NCBI GenBank assembly: GCA_000004985.1
Contig: GG739344.1
Reading direction: 5' to 3' (one strand)
Length of the DNA stretch: 1,705 bases
Source of the DNA: Naegleria gruberi
Lineage: Eukaryota
The notes beneath the pieces are model-generated. The model saw only the letters and a program-made list of their open reading frames with translations. It searched no databases and was not told where the DNA came from. Each line of letters starts with the position of its first letter. Within the stretch, counting starts at the first letter, position 1. Shown here one piece after another: positions 1-1,705 of this stretch. The position numbers and the translations under genes were made by a program.

Positions 1-14
1 TATTGTGTGAAATA

Positions 15-23
15 AAGGTAAGT
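15..23 (+). other. Perfect 5' splice donor consensus AAG|GTAAGT on the plus strand at the window edge
   Basis: Plus-strand aaggtaagt at 15-23. One plus-strand frame, ttg tgt gaa ata aag, is open from the window start up to it. This is compatible with the 3' end of a plus-strand exon lying mostly outside the window, converging on the minus-strand 69-227 segment. Confidence 0.15.
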
Positions 24-68
24 GATTGAATGGGCAGTAGTATTAAAATTACTTCCTTATTATCAAGT

Positions 69-227
69 TTAACATGGACGTCCTTTTCCTTCATTGAACA
101 CAAGATCTTTCCAATCCTCGAAATCTGCCAAAGTTAATTGATCTGGATTGAGAATAGTTTCTCTTGCAATGATCTGACATCGTACAATTGGCCAATCCTG
201 TACCAACAAAACTGTAAGGTTGTCTTG
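69..227 (-). CDS. Putative 3'-terminal coding exon with no in-frame ATG. Translation: QDNLTVLLVQDWPIVRCQIIARETILNPDQLTLADFEDWKDLVFNEGKGRPC*. Family not recognised.
   Basis: Fifty-two stop-free codons on the minus strand, bounded by TGA (rc of 229-231) and TAA (rc of 69-71). The translation is protein-like and non-repetitive. G1 enrichment is 17 of 35 G overall and 12 of 23 in the distal part. GC3 is about 29%. Candidate acceptor ttttgttggtacag| ends at 198 on the minus strand, so the exon would start at 197 (DWPIV...). Confidence 0.35.
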   Translation of the reverse strand, partial: QDNLTVLLVQDWPIVRCQIIARETILNPDQLTLADFEDWKDLVFNEGKGRPC

Positions 228-303
228 TCAACACTGGGGGTTCTGGTCTGTAAATGCAGTGATAGTCACTCTGGCGTTGACAAGCAAATTTGTTGACAAT
301 CAT
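91..303 (-). CDS. The ORF-track 70-aa ORF (MIVNKFACQ...RSCVQ). It is probably not the real reading frame.
   Basis: It overlaps the 69-227 segment in another frame. It shows no codon-position-1 G enrichment (4 of 12 G in its unique 5' part). Its 3' part translates as low-plausibility peptide (SRSINFGRFRGLERSCVQ), whereas the alternative frame gives LNPDQLTLADFEDWKDLVFNEGKGRPC. It is kept only because it is the sole ATG-ORF in the window. Confidence 0.12.
   Translation of the reverse strand: MIVNKFACQRQSDYHCIYRPEPPVLTRQPYSFVGTGLANCTMSDHCKRNYSQSRSINFGRFRGLERSCVQ
224..284. repeat. Inverted repeat of 9 bp, cttgtcaac at 224-232 and gttgacaag at 276-284, with a further gttgacaatc at 292-301 that recurs at 1675-1684
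   Basis: The inverted copies are exact reverse complements with a 43-nt spacer. The 10-mer gttgacaatc occurs twice in the window. Confidence 0.2.
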
Positions 304-753
304 AAGAATTTTGTATTAGTCTAACACAGTGTTCTCTCTCGTTTGTTGTTAAAGTGTACTCATGAAAACATGGTTGTGTAAGTGTATATCTATTGAATTC
401 CGAATTGCGAACAATGAGGGATATAGTAGTGAATGTATGCCAACATCAACAGTGAACGATTATCCTTGTTCTATTATTCAAATTTAATAATGCTGTTTGA
501 GATCCACTCTTGTTCGTATGCTAAGACTATAGTAAATGTGTGATCATCGCTATACCTGCCGCTTAACTCCTATGTTCCGTTTTCTAGATGTTAAAGAGTA
601 TTCCTATTGCTCAAACTTGCCTATCTCTGAAAAAATAACTTAACTGTACGTACATTACAATATTTCGGGCATTGTCGCGTCACTACCACTCAGCAGACTG
701 TTTACGATAGAGAAGGAATGAAGATTGAATTTGGAGAATTGGGAGTTACTTCA

Positions 754-778
754 TGAGTAATTGAGTAGTTCTGAGTAA
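754..778. repeat. Three closely spaced copies of TGAGTAR
   Basis: TGAGTAA at 754-760, TGAGTAG at 762-768 and TGAGTAA at 772-778, with spacing of 8 and 10 bp. The minus strand reads TTACTCA, CTACTCA, TTACTCA. Confidence 0.3.
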
Positions 779-1026
779 ATGTAAAAGTTGCTGCCTTCCT
801 AGTTCTCAACCATTACTCCACTCTTAGGATATTCTCATTGAAAGATCATTTTGTATCTTTGAAGCTGCTGACATTTCGGTCTGGAACTTGTTCTACTACT
901 AAAAATAAACATTTTATTCTAAGTTTGCTTATTTTGTTGGATTCATTGTATGTTGCTAGTGGTTGGGTAATAGACAGTGTAATAGTTGGTTTTTAGTTGG
1001 CTTTGTTCCTTCTCAACCCCATCCAC

Positions 1027-1095
1027 AACCATTCAGTTATTACATGGTAAACATTCAGTGACTATTCGGTGAACATTTAGTTTCTTTGCGGCTTT
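1027..1095. repeat. Degenerate tandem direct repeat, three units of about 23 bp
   Basis: Units are aaccattcagttattacatggtaa, aacattcagtgactattcggtgaa and acatttagtttctttgcggctttt. Unit 1 versus unit 2 match at about 17 of 23 positions and unit 2 versus unit 3 at about 14 of 23. The core is CATTCAGT / CATTCAGT / CATTTAGT at a 22-23 bp period. On the minus strand this reads CTRAATGKT x3, about 85-150 nt downstream of the putative stop at 1177. Confidence 0.35.
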
Positions 1096-1171
1096 TAGTG
1101 TGTTGGTATTTGACTGAAAGTTTCCCTTAATTTACCATTACAATTTTCATAATTTGAGTAAAACTGATTAA

Positions 1172-1177
1172 TTTATT
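1172..1177 (-). terminator. Polyadenylation signal AATAAA on the minus strand, overlapping the TAA stop
   Basis: Plus-strand tttatt at 1172-1177 is AATAAA on the minus strand, within gTAAATAAAtt directly following the stop codon of the 1177-1323 segment. Confidence 0.35.
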
Positions 1178-1323
1178 TACAATTGTTGTGCTTCTTCTGA
1201 GTCTGATTGACCATTATCTGAATAAAGATCTGCACCATCTGATTCCATATCAAGCAAATTAATTGCGTCTGCTGAAGGTTGTGTTGCTCTTGTCAGGTTT
1301 TTTGATCCAATCTTTAACAAGTG
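1177..1323 (-). CDS. Putative 3'-terminal coding segment in a different frame from 1259-1471, ending in an acidic Ser/Asp/Glu-rich tail. Translation: ...AINLLDMESDGADLYSDNGQSDSEEAQQL*
   Basis: A minus-strand frame is open from 1323 down to a TAA at 1177-1179 (plus-strand tta). From about 1258 down to 1180, 15 of 20 G residues lie at codon position 1 (GAT, GAA, GCA, GGT, GAC codons) and GC3 is about 20%. That is a strong coding periodicity. The upstream part of this frame (1323-1260) lacks the periodicity, and there the previous frame carries it instead. Confidence 0.4.
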   Translation of the reverse strand, partial: HLLKIGSKNLTRATQPSADAINLLDMESDGADLYSDNGQSDSEEAQQL

Positions 1324-1471
1324 TTAAAAAAACAACTTGTTCATCTTCTGCAACATAGCTCTGCAATGAAGAGAATTGACCATTGTTGGCTCTGACATGT
1401 TCTCTTGTTGGTGAAGAGGTAGAAGGTTGAATTTCTGTTGCTTGAATTGAGGATTGAACTCCTTCTATATA
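1259..1471 (-). CDS. Putative coding segment with no in-frame ATG, probably an internal or 5'-proximal exon. Translation: YIEGVQSSIQATEIQPSTSSPTREHVRANNGQFSSLQSYVAEDEQVVFLTLVKDWIKKPDKSNTTFSRRN*. Protein family not recognised.
   Basis: Seventy stop-free codons on the minus strand, bounded by TAA (reverse complement of 1472-1474) upstream and TAA (rc of 1259-1261) downstream. There is no Met codon, so the ORF track does not list it. About 19 of about 29 G residues fall at codon position 1 (chance expectation one third) and GC3 is about 26%. Both are typical of genuine coding sequence in an AT-rich genome. The last 15-20 codons lose this periodicity (see the frame-switch finding). Confidence 0.4.
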   Translation of the reverse strand, partial: YIEGVQSSIQATEIQPSTSSPTREHVRANNGQFSSLQSYVAEDEQVVFLTLVKDWIKKPDKSNTTFSRRN

Positions 1472-1494
1472 TTAGAAACTTCGACATTGGAATT

Positions 1495-1530
1495 CTTCTT
1501 TCTTTTTGGCTTCTCTTTTTTCTTTAATTC
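1495..1530 (-). promoter_or_regulatory. Purine-rich (GA/A-rich) leader on the minus strand, a polypyrimidine CT tract on the plus strand
   Basis: Plus-strand cttctttctttttggcttctcttttttctttaattc reads on the minus strand as gaattaaagaaaaaagagaagccaaaaagaaagaag, immediately 5' of the minus-strand ATG at 1485-1487. An A/G-rich leader of this kind is typical of 5'UTRs and upstream regions in AT-rich eukaryotes. Confidence 0.3.
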
Positions 1531-1569
1531 TATTAGACTCTTTAAAAGAACTCCACAGATTGCTGAATA

Positions 1570-1581
1570 TCTTACTGACAT
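1570..1581 (-). other. ATG-TCA followed by a consensus 5' splice donor GTAAGA on the minus strand (candidate micro first exon or 5'UTR intron donor)
   Basis: Minus strand reads ttaATGTCAGTAAGAtattcag. ATG is rc of 1579-1581 and GTAAGA is rc of 1570-1575, matching the eukaryotic GTRAGT donor consensus 79 nt downstream of the TATA box. A possible acceptor tttctaatatatag| at 1465-1478 would give a 111-nt A-rich intron, but the resulting frame does not match the periodicity-supported frame. Confidence 0.2.
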
Positions 1582-1659
1582 TAACAATAGCTCTAATTAA
1601 TTGTTGGAAAATAATTAATAAATAATTAAGGATAAACTTCACTTACAATACTTTGCACG

Positions 1660-1667
1660 TATTTATA
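1660..1667 (-). promoter_or_regulatory. TATA box TATAAATA on the minus strand
   Basis: Plus-strand tatttata at 1660-1667 is TATAAATA on the minus strand, a canonical eukaryotic TATA octamer. It lies 79 nt upstream of a minus-strand ATG (1579-1581) and about 175 nt upstream of the ATG at 1485-1487, with the right orientation and spacing for a core promoter of the minus-strand coding region. Confidence 0.3.
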
Positions 1668-1705
1668 TGTATCCGTTGACAATCCATTAACATGTTTTCT
1701 GAGCA

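Noticed and set aside
277-321. TTGACA hexamers (277-282, 293-298, 1676-1681) as bacterial sigma70 -35 boxes
   Set aside because: No acceptable -10 hexamer lies at 16-18 bp spacing from any of them; the best is tattag at 15 bp. No downstream RBS or ORF. The 10-mer recurrence and 9-bp inverted repeat are within chance expectation for 1.7 kb of AT-rich DNA (about 3 chance 10-mer pairs expected).
362-487. Plus-strand ATG ORF of 41 codons, MKTWLCKCISIEFRIANNEGYSSECMPTSTVNDYPCSIIQI* (small Cys-containing peptide)
   Set aside because: No codon-position periodicity (G1 7 of 25), and it is surrounded by dense stops in all plus-strand frames. The length is compatible with chance in AT-rich sequence.
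845-993. Minus-strand stop-free frame of about 59 codons with no ATG (KPTITLSITQPLATYNESNKISKLRIKCLFLVVEQVPDRNVSSFKDTK*)
   Set aside because: A-rich low complexity, G1 only about 15%, and no coding periodicity. It is probably an artefact of strand compositional skew. It could be revisited if transcript data show an exon here.
956-1000. tagtggttgggtaatag resembling a tRNA A-box
   Set aside because: No B-box (GGTTCGANTCC-like) lies 30-60 nt downstream, and no cloverleaf could be built by eye.
1316-1341. Hairpin aacaagt-(12 nt loop)-acttgtt followed by a T-poor tail, as an intrinsic terminator
   Set aside because: The stem is 7 bp and AT-rich, the loop is long and A-rich, and there is no 3' U-run on either strand. 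It lies inside the region with coding periodicity. This is a weak structure, not a terminator.
1485-1487. Minus-strand ATG at 1485-1487 as the start of a 48-aa ORF (MSKFLIYRRSSILNSSNRNSTFYLFTNKRTCQSQQWSILFIAELCCRR*)
   Set aside because: This frame has essentially no G at codon position 1 and an implausible composition. The overlapping alternative frame carries the coding signal. The ATG may still be the true start if followed by an unrecognised splice into the other frame.
1-1705. CRISPR array, rRNA, IS or transposon terminal inverted repeats
   Set aside because: There are no regularly spaced identical direct repeats, no long terminal inverted repeats, no transposase-like ORF, and no rRNA-like conserved stretches.

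Overview
The window is AT-rich (roughly 35% GC by eye) and almost free of long ATG-initiated ORFs; the track lists a single 70-aa ORF. A bacterial reading fits poorly, because 1.7 kb with no real ORF would be very unusual and I find no convincing sigma70 promoters, RBS-start pairs or intrinsic terminators. The sequence reads better as eukaryotic nuclear DNA with coding capacity on the minus strand, in segments that lack ATG starts and so are invisible to the ORF track. Two minus-strand regions have protein-like translations with G concentrated at codon position 1 and low GC at position 3. Region (i) is 1471->1177. One frame runs 1471->1262. After a frame discontinuity at a T6/A6 homopolymer (1298-1303) a second frame continues to a TAA at 1177-1179, giving an acidic Ser/Asp/Glu-rich tail LDMESDGADLYSDNGQSDSEEAQQL*. 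An AATAAA overlaps that stop. Upstream on the same strand sit a purine-rich leader, ATG candidates and a TATAAATA box at 1660-1667. Region (ii) is 227->72, translating ...DWPIVRCQIIARETILNPDQLTLADFEDWKDLVFNEGKGRPC*. It lies in a different frame from the listed 70-aa ORF, which overlaps it and looks spurious. The roughly 850 bp between the two regions carry dense stops on both strands, a degenerate ~23-bp triple tandem repeat (1027-1095) and a TGAGTAR x3 cluster (754-778). I could not resolve exon/intron boundaries or recognise either protein family. Every gene-structure statement is inference from sequence alone.
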